Positions 1 to 9,126 of a stretch of DNA of 64,000 bases are shown here, piece after piece. The notes under the pieces are model-generated. The model was not told where the DNA came from, ran no database searches, and saw only the letters and a list, made by a program, of their open reading frames with translations. The stretch is taken from NCBI GenBank assembly GCA_016179105.1, contig JACOSB010000120.1:489-64488 (forward strand), written 5' to 3'. Origin of the DNA: Candidatus Acetothermia bacterium (GTDB taxonomy: Bacteria > Bipolaricaulota > Bipolaricaulia > RBG-16-55-9 > DRXL01). Position 1 is the first letter of the stretch. Each line of letters starts with the position of its first letter. Position numbers and translations under genes: made by a program.

Positions 1-25
1 CTCAAATCGCCCATGGACTGAGTTC

Positions 26-562
26 TTGTATGGACTGGCTCTGATTCTCTTCTTGCCCGCTGAGCTATGCTTTGTACGATGGGATCAAGAAAAACCCTGT
101 CAGGCCGCAGCTCTTGCGTTGCTCCCCTCAGCAGAGGCTCGCACCTTGCGAAGTTCACTCGCCCGCGCCCTGGCGCAATCCTGGTTGGGGTGGGCAGTGG
201 CTGGCCTCTTCTATGTGGCCTTCGATTTCTATTATCAGTTCGAACAAGCCGTCACGGGCTCATCTGGTTCCCCACAGGCGATCGTTACCGTCATCCTCTT
301 GGCGCTGCTGACATCAATTACGCACCTGCGACAGTCTTTAAAACAGATCGAGGAGTTCCGAAACAAGCCGGAGCGATGGCAGGCTTATTTGCAAAAAATG
401 CGACAAGTGGCTGCAGCGGCAGACGCACTCAGCAGACAAAGATTTGGACTTTTAGCATTGAAGCTGTTGGCAACAATCGTGTTGAGCTGGATGTTGGCGC
501 CTGTGTTAGGACGATTGCTCATCCCCCTACTAAAGACAGGAGTGGAGCCGCTGCTGCATTGA
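26..562 (+). CDS. hypothetical membrane-associated protein (possibly 5'-truncated by window edge)
   Basis: 178-aa ORF with hydrophobic segments; no recognisable motif. An upstream extension beyond the window start cannot be excluded. Confidence 0.3.
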   Translation: MYGLALILFLPAELCFVRWDQEKPCQAAALALLPSAEARTLRSSLARALAQSWLGWAVAGLFYVAFDFYYQFEQAVTGSSGSPQAIVTVILLALLTSITHLRQSLKQIEEFRNKPERWQAYLQKMRQVAAAADALSRQRFGLLALKLLATIVLSWMLAPVLGRLLIPLLKTGVEPLLH

Positions 563-719
563 GTCGCTGGAGCTGCAGCACAGAGCACTATTCAAAGCGA
601 GAAGGCAATGCCAATCAGTACAACCAGAATAGACCTTAGAGGGCCATGACTTCGTTTGCCAAAGGGAGTATACTCAGACAAACAAAGCACTAAGAATTGC
701 GTGAACGAGAAGTTGGTCT

Positions 720-3700
720 ATGATCATTCTTCATGCGGGAACCTATGAGCGCCGAGTCTTTCTCTGGGGTGAGGCGCCCGCGACCTCAGTAGTTGTTCTT
801 CCCAAGCAGCACAAGCAAAAGCCGAAGGTTTCTCGCTGGCCCTATGATGCCGGAATCGACGGGTTATTGGCAGCGCTCAAAGAAGCAGAAAGTCTTCTTA
901 CAGTGGTCGACAAGAAAAACACTGAAGATGTGATCGCCCGGCTCCCCACCCTGAAGGGCAACCCCATTGCATCCAGCCCGCTCATCGCCGAGCCGCCACA
1001 GTCTGACGCGAAACCTACGCTTGCACCTTGGCTTGTGACGGCTCTAACTCTATCTCCCGTAGAAGTCGTTGATTTTCTCTGCGCCTGCATGGGCCAGCAC
1101 ACGATCGCGCCGGGAGTCATCGTCGGGACAGACATAGCCTTCTGGGCTACTACCCTTCGCTTCGCCGGAGCGTTGGCGGCGCGACAGCAACTGCTTCCCA
1201 GTATGACTCAAGAAAATAATTCCTACTATGCTCGCTGGGAGCCAGTCTTTGCCGGACCCGATGCCGACCGGCTCGCCAAGCTCGCGCAAGCGATGCCACC
1301 CGTTTGTCGCGCATTAGCTGACTCAAATAGTTCTTCTCCAGAGTCCCCTGCGATCGCTATGCTCTCAGAATTTATCAGCACGATCGTCGACCATCTCGTG
1401 CGCTCTTCGGCGCTACTTTCTCTTACTCAGCCTGGCCTTGAGCGCAAGAAGAAAAAGCGACTCGCTTATCACAGCGTGCACGACCAGTGGCTGCACGCCC
1501 TGCGCTCACCCGATGGCACGATGACGGGCAACGCGACCGATCTGGCTCAATTGTCTGAGCAAATCTGCGAGTGGCAACACCCTATCGCCGTCTCCACAGC
1601 CACTCCCTTCCGGCTCTGCTTCCGGCTGGAAGAGCCCGAGACTGATGGCGACCACGAGAAAATAACCAAACCAAGACGGTCCAGTCGCGATGCCTGGCAG
1701 GTTCGCTATTTGCTGCAAGCGACGGATGATCCGAGCCTGTTGATCCCGGCGAGCGAGACTTGGAAGGCGAAAGGACCCAAAGCCTCGATCCTGCGCCGTG
1801 ACGGGTTCAACTCCCGAGAATACGTGCTCTCGTCGCTCGGAGAAGCCTCAAGGATCTGCCCGCACATCGAGTCCAGTTTGAAGACTTCTGCACCCCACGG
1901 CTATGCGCTCGACGCCAGCGGTGCTCTAGAATTTCTGAGCGAGAAAGCTTCAGCCTTGGAACAAATAGGATTCGGAGTCCTGCTGCCCGCCTGGTGGACG
2001 CGCAAAGGGACGAAGCTACGTTTGACAGCTCAGGCCCAAGTCAAGAGTCCTTCGATGCAAGCAAAGGGTGGCCTCACGCTCAACTCGATTATTGAATTCG
2101 ACTGGCAGATCGCGCTGGGAGACCAGACGCTCTCTTTCGAAGAACTCCAAGCGCTGGCAAAACTCAAGCAGTCGTTGGTCCAGGTGCGCGGCCAGTGGGT
2201 GCAAGTGAGCGCTGAAGAAATCCAAGCAGCTCTGGATTTCTGGGAGCAAAAAGGGAAAGACCGAGCGACCGTGCGCGAAATTGTTCAAATGGCGCTCGGT
2301 GCAGAAAGAACAACTGGTCCTCTCGCGTTCGGGGGCGTCACTGCGACGGGCTGGATCGCAGACTTTCTGGCGCAACTGGACGGGCGCGCGGCTTTCCAAG
2401 AGCTTGTCCCACCCGAGAGATTTCAAGGGACGTTGCGTCCCTATCAAATACGAGGCTACTCGTGGCTGGCTTTTCTGCGGCGCTGGGGGCTGGGAGCCTG
2501 CTTGGCGGACGATATGGGATTGGGAAAGACCGCCGAGACTCTCGCGTTGATCCAGCGAGATTGGGAATCCAATGAGAAGCGCCCGGTGCTCGTGATCTGC
2601 CCTACGTCCGTGGTGGGCAATTGGCAGAAGGAAGCCGCTCGTTTCACTCCAGATTTGCCCGTCATGGTCCACCACGGCATCACTCGTACCAAAGGCAGTA
2701 ACTTCCGCGAGCACGCCGAAAAGCAAGCGCTCATCATCTCCAGCTACGCCCTTCTGTTCAGGGATCTGGATGTGCTCAAGGAAGTTCCCTGGGCCGGTGT
2801 GATTCTCGATGAAGCGCAAAATATCAAGAACCCGGAGACCAAGCAAGCGAAGGCCGCGCAGGCGCTTAAGGCCGACTATCGCCTCGCGCTCACCGGCACG
2901 CCGGTGGAGAACCACATCGGTGATTTGTGGTCGATCATGGAATTTCTCAACCCCGGCTTCCTCGGCGAACGTAGTGCATTCAAGAGAACTTTCTTTGTGC
3001 CCATTCAGGCAGATCGTGACCCTGAAGCTCTCACGCGCTTGAAACGCCTGACAGGGCCATTCATCTTGCGACGGCTTAAGACTGATAAGACGATCATCGC
3101 CGACTTGCCCGAGAAGATGGAGATGAAAACCTTCTGCACGCTGACTAAGGAGCAAGCCTCGCTCTACGCCGCCGTCGTCAAAGACGCCGAAGAAGCGCTC
3201 GACTCGGTAGAAGAAGAAGGGATCCAGCGCAAGGGCATCGTCTTGGCGACGCTCTCGAAGCTCAAGCAAGTCTGCAACCATCCGGCGCACTTTTTAGGGG
3301 ACAACTCTCCCATTTCTGGACGCTCCGGAAAACTTTCGAGATTAACCGAGATGCTGGAAGAAGTTTTAGAAATTGGAGACCGCGCGCTGATTTTCTCGCA
3401 ATTTACCGAGATGGGCAAGATTCTTCAGAGACACTTGCAGACGACGTTCGGACGAGAAGCGCTCTTTCTGCATGGGGCAGTTCCCAAGAAGCAGCGCGAC
3501 CGGATGGTCGAGCGTTTTCAGTCCGACAGCGAGGGACCGCCAATCTTTATCTTGTCTCTCAAAGCCGGCGGCACTGGGTTAAACTTAACGCGCGCTACTC
3601 ATGTCTTTCACTTTGACCGCTGGTGGAACCCGGCGGTGGAGAATCAAGCAACCGATCGTGCGTTTCGCATCGGCCAAACCAAGAACGTCCAAGTTCATAA

Positions 3701-3866
3701 ATTTTTGTGCATGGGAACTTTGGAAGAGAAGATCGACGCGCTGATTGAGCGCAAGCAGGAGCTTGCCGCGGGAGTCGTCGGAACGGGCGAGGGCTGGTTG
3801 ACCGAGCTGTCTACAGCCGAGCTCAAAGAACTCTTCACCCTGAGAAGAGAAGCCATAGAGGAGTGA
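720..3866 (+). CDS. SNF2/RAD54-family DEAD/H-box helicase (N-terminal uncharacterised region + SNF2_N ATPase + helicase C)
   Basis: 1048 aa. SNF2 motifs include LADDMGLGKT (Walker A), DEAQNIKN (DEAH-like box II) and LTGTPVEN. Helicase-C motifs FSQFTEM, LSLKAGGTGLNL and QATDRAFRIGQ are also present. Confidence 0.85.
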   Translation: MIILHAGTYERRVFLWGEAPATSVVVLPKQHKQKPKVSRWPYDAGIDGLLAALKEAESLLTVVDKKNTEDVIARLPTLKGNPIASSPLIAEPPQSDAKPTLAPWLVTALTLSPVEVVDFLCACMGQHTIAPGVIVGTDIAFWATTLRFAGALAARQQLLPSMTQENNSYYARWEPVFAGPDADRLAKLAQAMPPVCRALADSNSSSPESPAIAMLSEFISTIVDHLVRSSALLSLTQPGLERKKKKRLAYHSVHDQWLHALRSPDGTMTGNATDLAQLSEQICEWQHPIAVSTATPFRLCFRLEEPETDGDHEKITKPRRSSRDAWQVRYLLQATDDPSLLIPASETWKAKGPKASILRRDGFNSREYVLSSLGEASRICPHIESSLKTSAPHGYALDASGALEFLSEKASALEQIGFGVLLPAWWTRKGTKLRLTAQAQVKSPSMQAKGGLTLNSIIEFDWQIALGDQTLSFEELQALAKLKQSLVQVRGQWVQVSAEEIQAALDFWEQKGKDRATVREIVQMALGAERTTGPLAFGGVTATGWIADFLAQLDGRAAFQELVPPERFQGTLRPYQIRGYSWLAFLRRWGLGACLADDMGLGKTAETLALIQRDWESNEKRPVLVICPTSVVGNWQKEAARFTPDLPVMVHHGITRTKGSNFREHAEKQALIISSYALLFRDLDVLKEVPWAGVILDEAQNIKNPETKQAKAAQALKADYRLALTGTPVENHIGDLWSIMEFLNPGFLGERSAFKRTFFVPIQADRDPEALTRLKRLTGPFILRRLKTDKTIIADLPEKMEMKTFCTLTKEQASLYAAVVKDAEEALDSVEEEGIQRKGIVLATLSKLKQVCNHPAHFLGDNSPISGRSGKLSRLTEMLEEVLEIGDRALIFSQFTEMGKILQRHLQTTFGREALFLHGAVPKKQRDRMVERFQSDSEGPPIFILSLKAGGTGLNLTRATHVFHFDRWWNPAVENQATDRAFRIGQTKNVQVHKFLCMGTLEEKIDALIERKQELAAGVVGTGEGWLTELSTAELKELFTLRREAIEE

Positions 3867-3875
3867 GATATTTTT

Positions 3876-4745
3876 ATGGGATGGTATGATTATTTCCCGC
3901 CCTCGCGTCCGCGTGAAGCCAAGGGCGGAATCAAAGCACAGTCCAAACGCGGTGCTTTCGCAGAGAGCTGGTGGGCCAAACGATGGATTGCTGTATTAGA
4001 GAGCTTTAACATCGGCGCACGGTTGGACCGAGGCCGATCCTACGCTCGCAAGGGCCAAGTGCTCTCCATCGCGATCGATAAGGGCCAGATCACAGCCCAA
4101 GTGCAGGGCTCTCGTCCTGATCCCTATGATGTGACAATCAAAATCAAAGTCTTGTCGGCTGCGGACTGGAAGAAGCTGGCCAAGCGATTATCTCAACAAG
4201 CCCTTTTTGCGGCAAAGCTATTGTCCGGTGAGATGCCGCAAGATATCGAAAAAGAATTCACAGACCTCGGGCTATCGCTCTTCCCCGCACGACTCGAAGA
4301 CTTGGAGACAGACTGCTCTTGCCCGGATTGGTCCAACCCCTGCAAGCACATCGCCGCGGTCTACTATTTGTTGGGAGAAGAGTTCAATCGCGACCCGTTC
4401 TTGATCTTCAAGCTGCGCGGCATGGACAGAACAGAGTGGGTCAAACTTTTTGGTGCTGCTGGTGCACAAGCCGCGAAGACGAGAGATCAGTCGCTTCCGA
4501 CGCAGGCGGGTACTGAAAAGTCTCTGCCGCCGGAGCCCCTGGCAGTAGAGGGCTTCTGGGAGATCGGCAAATTACCTGATGATTTATTGGGCGAAGTCCG
4601 GGTTCCACCCTTGTCTGCGGCTTTGCCCAAGCGACTAGGAAACTTCCCGTTTTGGCGGGGCGAAGAGCGATTCCTGGAAGCCCTGGAACCACTGTACGCA
4701 GAAACGTCCTCGCTTGGCTTGGAGATATTTCTTTCGTGGCGATGA
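3876..4745 (+). CDS. SWIM zinc-finger domain protein (partner of the SNF2 helicase)
   Basis: CxC...CxH motif CSCPDWSNPCKHIAAVYY. Sits immediately downstream of the SNF2 gene with a 9-nt gap, the classic bacterial SNF2-SWIM pair. Confidence 0.8.
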   Translation: MGWYDYFPPSRPREAKGGIKAQSKRGAFAESWWAKRWIAVLESFNIGARLDRGRSYARKGQVLSIAIDKGQITAQVQGSRPDPYDVTIKIKVLSAADWKKLAKRLSQQALFAAKLLSGEMPQDIEKEFTDLGLSLFPARLEDLETDCSCPDWSNPCKHIAAVYYLLGEEFNRDPFLIFKLRGMDRTEWVKLFGAAGAQAAKTRDQSLPTQAGTEKSLPPEPLAVEGFWEIGKLPDDLLGEVRVPPLSAALPKRLGNFPFWRGEERFLEALEPLYAETSSLGLEIFLSWR

Positions 4746-4978
4746 AGCCATCTTAAATTTTTACACTAGGCTGCCAGAAGTGGGGATGAAACGCTTCGTA
4801 GAAAGCAAGCCGGTTATCCCATAAGCAACAGTTCAGATCAAGCCGGGACGAACTCTATTTTGAGCTTGGCATTCAAGACCTGAGCAATGTTGCAATCTCT
4901 CTTCTCATCTGATATGCTCTCTACCAATAATATTAGCCTTGAGAAATATATTTTGCCAAAGCCATAAAACGAGCCCAA

Positions 4979-6268
4979 GTGAAAGAAGGACATGTTGTGG
5001 GAAAGCCTATTACTGATCGCACCCAAGACACCATAAACGTCAAAACAAATGCACGCTTTGGCGTTCGCCATTTTTTACCCTATGTCGGACCTGCCTTCGT
5101 CGCGAGCGTCGCCTACATGGACCCCGGTAACTTCGCCACCAATCTCCCCGCCGGCGCTCAGTTCAGCTACAATCTGCTATGGGTCTTGCTCTGGAGCAAC
5201 CTGATGGCCATCTTGCTCCAGAGTCTTTCGGCCAAACTCGGCATCGCTACGGGAAGAACGCTCCCGGAGAATTGTCGCGCATATTTCTCAAAACCCGTGA
5301 ATTTGAGCTTGTGGGTCATGGCCGAGATCGCCGCGATGGCCACCGATTTGGCTGAATTTTTGGGCGCAGCGCTAGGCTTTCAGTTGCTCTTTCATTGGCC
5401 CTTATTCCCGTCGGCTCTTGCCACCGGGGTGATCGTCTTCGCGATTCTCTCGATCGAAAAGCTGGGCTTTCGCCAGTTAGAGTACGTGATTATGGCTTTC
5501 GTCGGAGCGATCGGCGTCGGGTACGCCATCGAGGTTTTTCTCGCTCAGCCCGACTGGGGTCAGATCGCCTATCATATCGCCATCCCTCAACTCAACGGGC
5601 AAAGCGCTTATTTAGCCGTGGGTATGCTCGGCGCGACCGTTATGCCTCACGTCATCTATTTGCACTCCGCGCTCGTCCTGCCGCGGGCCAACGGAAGCGA
5701 TCGAGCCCAGCGCCGGCGCCACTTTCGCTTCGAATTCTTTGATGTGTTGATCGCGATGAACGTCGCTTGGCTGATCAACTCAGCGATGATCATCATGGCC
5801 GCGGCTGTCTTCTTCCGCAACGGAGTCGCCATTGATTCTCTTGAACAAGCCTATCAGACGCTGACACCATTGCTTGGTTCGTTGGCGGCCGTCGCGTTCG
5901 GGATCGCTCTCCTATGCTCTGGGATCTCTTCATCGACGGTAGGCACGCTGGCGGGTCAAGTGATCATCCAAGGGTTCCTCAACATCCGCTTCAGCATCTT
6001 CTTGAGACGTCTCATCACGATGATCCCTGCACTCGTCGTGATCGCACTGGGAGTTGACCCATTGCAAATTTTGATCCTGAGCCAAGTGGCACTCAGCTTC
6101 GCGCTACCCGGCGCGATTATCCCTCTTATCTTACTCACACGAAACAAATCTGTGATGAGCGAGCACGTGAATCGCCCCTGGACGACGGTATTGGCTTGGG
6201 TTGTCGCGTCCATCATCCTTGCACTCAACGGGTTTTTACTCTTCAGGGTCTTCCAAGGCGGCCAATAA
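4979..6268 (+). CDS. mntH: Nramp-family divalent metal (Mn2+/Fe2+):H+ symporter MntH
   Basis: Nramp signature AYMDPGNFATN plus a multi-TM profile, and an adjacent MntR gene. The exact start is uncertain. Confidence 0.85.
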   Translation: MKEGHVVGKPITDRTQDTINVKTNARFGVRHFLPYVGPAFVASVAYMDPGNFATNLPAGAQFSYNLLWVLLWSNLMAILLQSLSAKLGIATGRTLPENCRAYFSKPVNLSLWVMAEIAAMATDLAEFLGAALGFQLLFHWPLFPSALATGVIVFAILSIEKLGFRQLEYVIMAFVGAIGVGYAIEVFLAQPDWGQIAYHIAIPQLNGQSAYLAVGMLGATVMPHVIYLHSALVLPRANGSDRAQRRRHFRFEFFDVLIAMNVAWLINSAMIIMAAAVFFRNGVAIDSLEQAYQTLTPLLGSLAAVAFGIALLCSGISSSTVGTLAGQVIIQGFLNIRFSIFLRRLITMIPALVVIALGVDPLQILILSQVALSFALPGAIIPLILLTRNKSVMSEHVNRPWTTVLAWVVASIILALNGFLLFRVFQGGQ

Positions 6269-6337
6269 CTCAGCGATTGATTGTTCGGGACGATCGCCAC
6301 CGGCTATAATACAACCATATCTTCCGGGGGATAGAGA

Positions 6338-6763
6338 ATGCCGACTCCGAGCGTCGAAGATTATTTAGAGCGCATCTACGAACTCATCCAAGAGAAGGGC
6401 TATGCGCGCGTGATCGACATCGCCTCTTCTCTGGGAATTCAGTCTTCGTCCGTCACCAAGATGATCCAAAAACTCAGCGAGCAAGAATTTCTCGTCTACG
6501 AAAAATATCGCGGTCTCACACTCACACCCAAGGGCGAATCGATCGCTCAGAGTGTAAAGAGCCGCCATCGTAAATTAGAAGAATTCTTGCGCATTCTGGG
6601 CGTCGCCGAAGGAATTATTCAAAAAGACATCGAAGGGCTGGAGCACTATCTCAGCCCTGAGACGCTCCAGTGCATCCGCGATTTTGTCGAATTCGTGCAG
6701 GCCCATCCCGACTGGCAGACTCGTTTCAAAAAATATCGCCAGACCGAGAAAAACTCTCGCTGA
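6338..6763 (+). CDS. mntR: DtxR/MntR-family manganese-dependent transcriptional regulator
   Basis: 141 aa with an N-terminal HTH (YARVIDIASSLGIQSSSVTKMIQKL) and a DtxR-type metal-binding/dimerisation region. Lies next to mntH. Confidence 0.8.
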   Translation: MPTPSVEDYLERIYELIQEKGYARVIDIASSLGIQSSSVTKMIQKLSEQEFLVYEKYRGLTLTPKGESIAQSVKSRHRKLEEFLRILGVAEGIIQKDIEGLEHYLSPETLQCIRDFVEFVQAHPDWQTRFKKYRQTEKNSR

Positions 6764-6813
6764 AAGACCATCGGCTGAAAGGCAAAATGGTTTTCTCGAA
6801 GGAGGCACCGGTT

Positions 6814-8025
6814 CTAGCGCCGCGCGTTGTGGCCTCTGCGGGATCGCGAGAACGTTCGCTCTTGTCCTCGGGGGAACGAGGGACGCGCAGAGCGCGGCGG
6901 CGCCGCCGCGCGATAATCGAAGTCGGGAACGGTCACCCGCGGCAACGCTTTTTTGAGCGATCGCTCGATCGCGCGAATGATCTCTTCTTCTTCGGGAGAG
7001 ACGAGCGTGAATGCGTCACCGACGGCTTGGGCGCGGGCCGTTCGACCGATGCGATGGACGTAGTCCTCGGGAGTCGCCGGGGTGTCATAGTTAATCACGT
7101 GAGAAATCCCTTCGATGTCTAAGCCGCGCGCGGCAATATCGGTAGCGACTAGAATTTTATAACGCCCGGTGCGAAAGCCGTGCAGCGACTGAGATCGTTG
7201 GCTTTGGGAGCGATCGCCGTGGATGTGCGCCGCCGAATGCCCGCGCTCGTGCAAGATGCGAGAGACTTTGTCCGCTCCGTTTTTAGTACGTGTGAAGATG
7301 AGCACCGATGTGGTCGCCGTCGTCTGCAAAATTTTTAGCAGAAGTTTCATTTTGAGGTGGCGCGGGACCGGATAGAGAAACTGGGTAACGCCCTCGGCGG
7401 GAGTCGTCCGCCGGCCGATTTCGACGAGCGCCGGATTCACCAAAATCTGGCGCGCGAGCTGCTCGATTTCGATCGGCACCGTGGCGGAGAAAAGCAGCGT
7501 CTGGCGCTTGCGGGGCAACGCAGAAATGATCCGCTTGATGTCGGGCAAGAACCCCATATCGAGCATGCGATCCGCCTCGTCTAACACTAAAATCTGGAGC
7601 TGAGAAAACTGTACGTTGCGACGGTTCATGTGATCGAGCAAGCGCCCCGGCGTGGCGACGATAATATCGACCCCGCGACGCAGCGCCCCGATCTGCGGTC
7701 CCATTGAGACGCCGCCATAGATCGCGGCGTAGTGCATCTGCATAAATCGCGCATAATCACGCACGCTCGTCTCCACTTGGGCGGCCAGCTCGCGGGTCGG
7801 CGTGAGCACCAGACAGCGCAAGCCTCTTCCATTCTTAAGCTTTTCTAAAATGGGAAGAACGAACGCGGCCGTTTTGCCCGTGCCCGTCTGAGCAATCCCA
7901 ATGAGATCACGACCGGACAGAATGACGGGAATCGCTTGCGCTTGGATGGGTGTCGGCTCGTTGTAGCCGACGGCGCGCACGCCCCGTACGATATTTTGAG
8001 AAAGTCCTAGGTTCGAAAAATGCAT
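6814..8025 (-). CDS. DEAD-box ATP-dependent RNA helicase
   Basis: Q-motif (PTPIQ), Walker A AQTGTGKT, DEAD box VLDEADRM, SAT, and HRIGRTAR motifs. Arg-rich C-terminus. Confidence 0.85.
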   Translation of the reverse strand: MHFSNLGLSQNIVRGVRAVGYNEPTPIQAQAIPVILSGRDLIGIAQTGTGKTAAFVLPILEKLKNGRGLRCLVLTPTRELAAQVETSVRDYARFMQMHYAAIYGGVSMGPQIGALRRGVDIIVATPGRLLDHMNRRNVQFSQLQILVLDEADRMLDMGFLPDIKRIISALPRKRQTLLFSATVPIEIEQLARQILVNPALVEIGRRTTPAEGVTQFLYPVPRHLKMKLLLKILQTTATTSVLIFTRTKNGADKVSRILHERGHSAAHIHGDRSQSQRSQSLHGFRTGRYKILVATDIAARGLDIEGISHVINYDTPATPEDYVHRIGRTARAQAVGDAFTLVSPEEEEIIRAIERSLKKALPRVTVPDFDYRAAAPPRSARPSFPRGQERTFSRSRRGHNARR

Positions 8026-8060
8026 TCGTGGATTAGCTTCGCTTTAGCATAGCGTAGCGC

Positions 8061-8279
8061 TCAATGCCGGAAGACGATGCGGCCCTGATGCAGATCATAC
8101 GCCGAGACTTCGACGGTGACGCGATCACCTACCAGAATACGAATATGGTTACGCCGCATCCGCCCGGAGCAATAGCAGAGCATCTCCCGGCCGTCGCCGA
8201 GCGCCACTTTGTAGATCGTATGGCTGGGAGCCGCGATGACTTTGCCTTCACAGGTTATTAAATTATCTTCTTTAGCCAT
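8061..8279 (-). CDS. infA: translation initiation factor IF-1
   Basis: 72-aa product MAKEDNLITCEGKVIAAPSHTIYKVALGDGREMLCYCSGRMRRNHIRILVGDRVTVEVSAYDLHQGRIVFRH is a canonical S1-like IF-1. Start taken at the internal ATG of the longer ORF. Confidence 0.85.
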   Translation of the reverse strand: MAKEDNLITCEGKVIAAPSHTIYKVALGDGREMLCYCSGRMRRNHIRILVGDRVTVEVSAYDLHQGRIVFRH

Positions 8280-8575
8280 GGTCGTATCACCCTTTGTGAA
8301 TAATTTGGGACCCTGCCGACGTATGAGACTGCTCAACAACGGGCAAGCTAGGTGCGCAGCGACCTTGGCGCGCCCAGTACCATAGAGGTCGGGAATCTTC
8401 ATCCAGTATAACAGAAAAAGTGGATGAGGGCGATAGCTCCAAAAGATATTGGGTGGGTCGGTCCTGGTGATCGCCCTTTTCTGCAGGGCGAATACAAGAT
8501 TCGCCCTACGCAATTTTCTCAACAATTCTCCCAATTATAGACTTTCTCGTCCCCCATCGGTTATAATGATAGCCT

Positions 8576-9058
8576 ATGTTCAAGACCGCGCGTTTTTACA
8601 GCCCGAGCATGGGCAAATTGAGCTTCGATCAGGTTCTCGACGAGATCGTCTCCATCATGGAAGAGGATCCCAAGACGTCCTACGAGATCGTCGTCGGCAG
8701 CGATTCGCATTCGACTCCCGGCGAGATGGATTTTGTCAGTGCGATCATCGTCCATAAAGTCGGCAAGGGCGGGCGCTACTTCTGGCGAAGAATCCGCGAG
8801 CGCAATATCTACACGCTGCGCCAAAAAATCTACCGAGAAGCCCTGCTCTCGTTCGAGCTTGCCAAAGACTTGATGGAAGAGCTCGAACAGCGTACCCTGC
8901 TCGATTATAACTTAGAAATTCACGTGGACGTCGGTCGCAACGGAAAGACCCGCGAGATGATCGACGAGGTCGTGGGCATGATCGTGGCGAACGGCTTTCA
9001 AGTGAAGACCAAGCCCGACTCCTACGCCGCGTCGTGCGTCGCCGACAAGCACGCATAA
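8576..9058 (+). CDS. DUF458/YkuK-like (RNase H-fold) family protein, tentative
   Basis: 160 aa. Resemblance to the YkuK family is by recollection only. Confidence 0.35.
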   Translation: MFKTARFYSPSMGKLSFDQVLDEIVSIMEEDPKTSYEIVVGSDSHSTPGEMDFVSAIIVHKVGKGGRYFWRRIRERNIYTLRQKIYREALLSFELAKDLMEELEQRTLLDYNLEIHVDVGRNGKTREMIDEVVGMIVANGFQVKTKPDSYAASCVADKHA

Positions 9059-9126
9059 AGCTCGTTTGGAGAAGCAGACCTCCGTCCGTGGCTATCCTTG
9101 GATTTTGTCCAACCGCGGGATTTTCT

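Noticed and set aside
2016-3290. 424-aa ORF on the minus strand inside the SNF2 helicase gene
   Set aside because: Fully embedded antisense to a strongly supported CDS in a high-GC-third-position genome. Arg/Leu-rich, with no motifs.
4746-4978. Possible Mn riboswitch (yybP-ykoY) or MntR box in the mntH leader
   Set aside because: I could not recognise the conserved riboswitch helices or a convincing MntR palindrome by eye. This needs a covariance-model search (Rfam RF00080).
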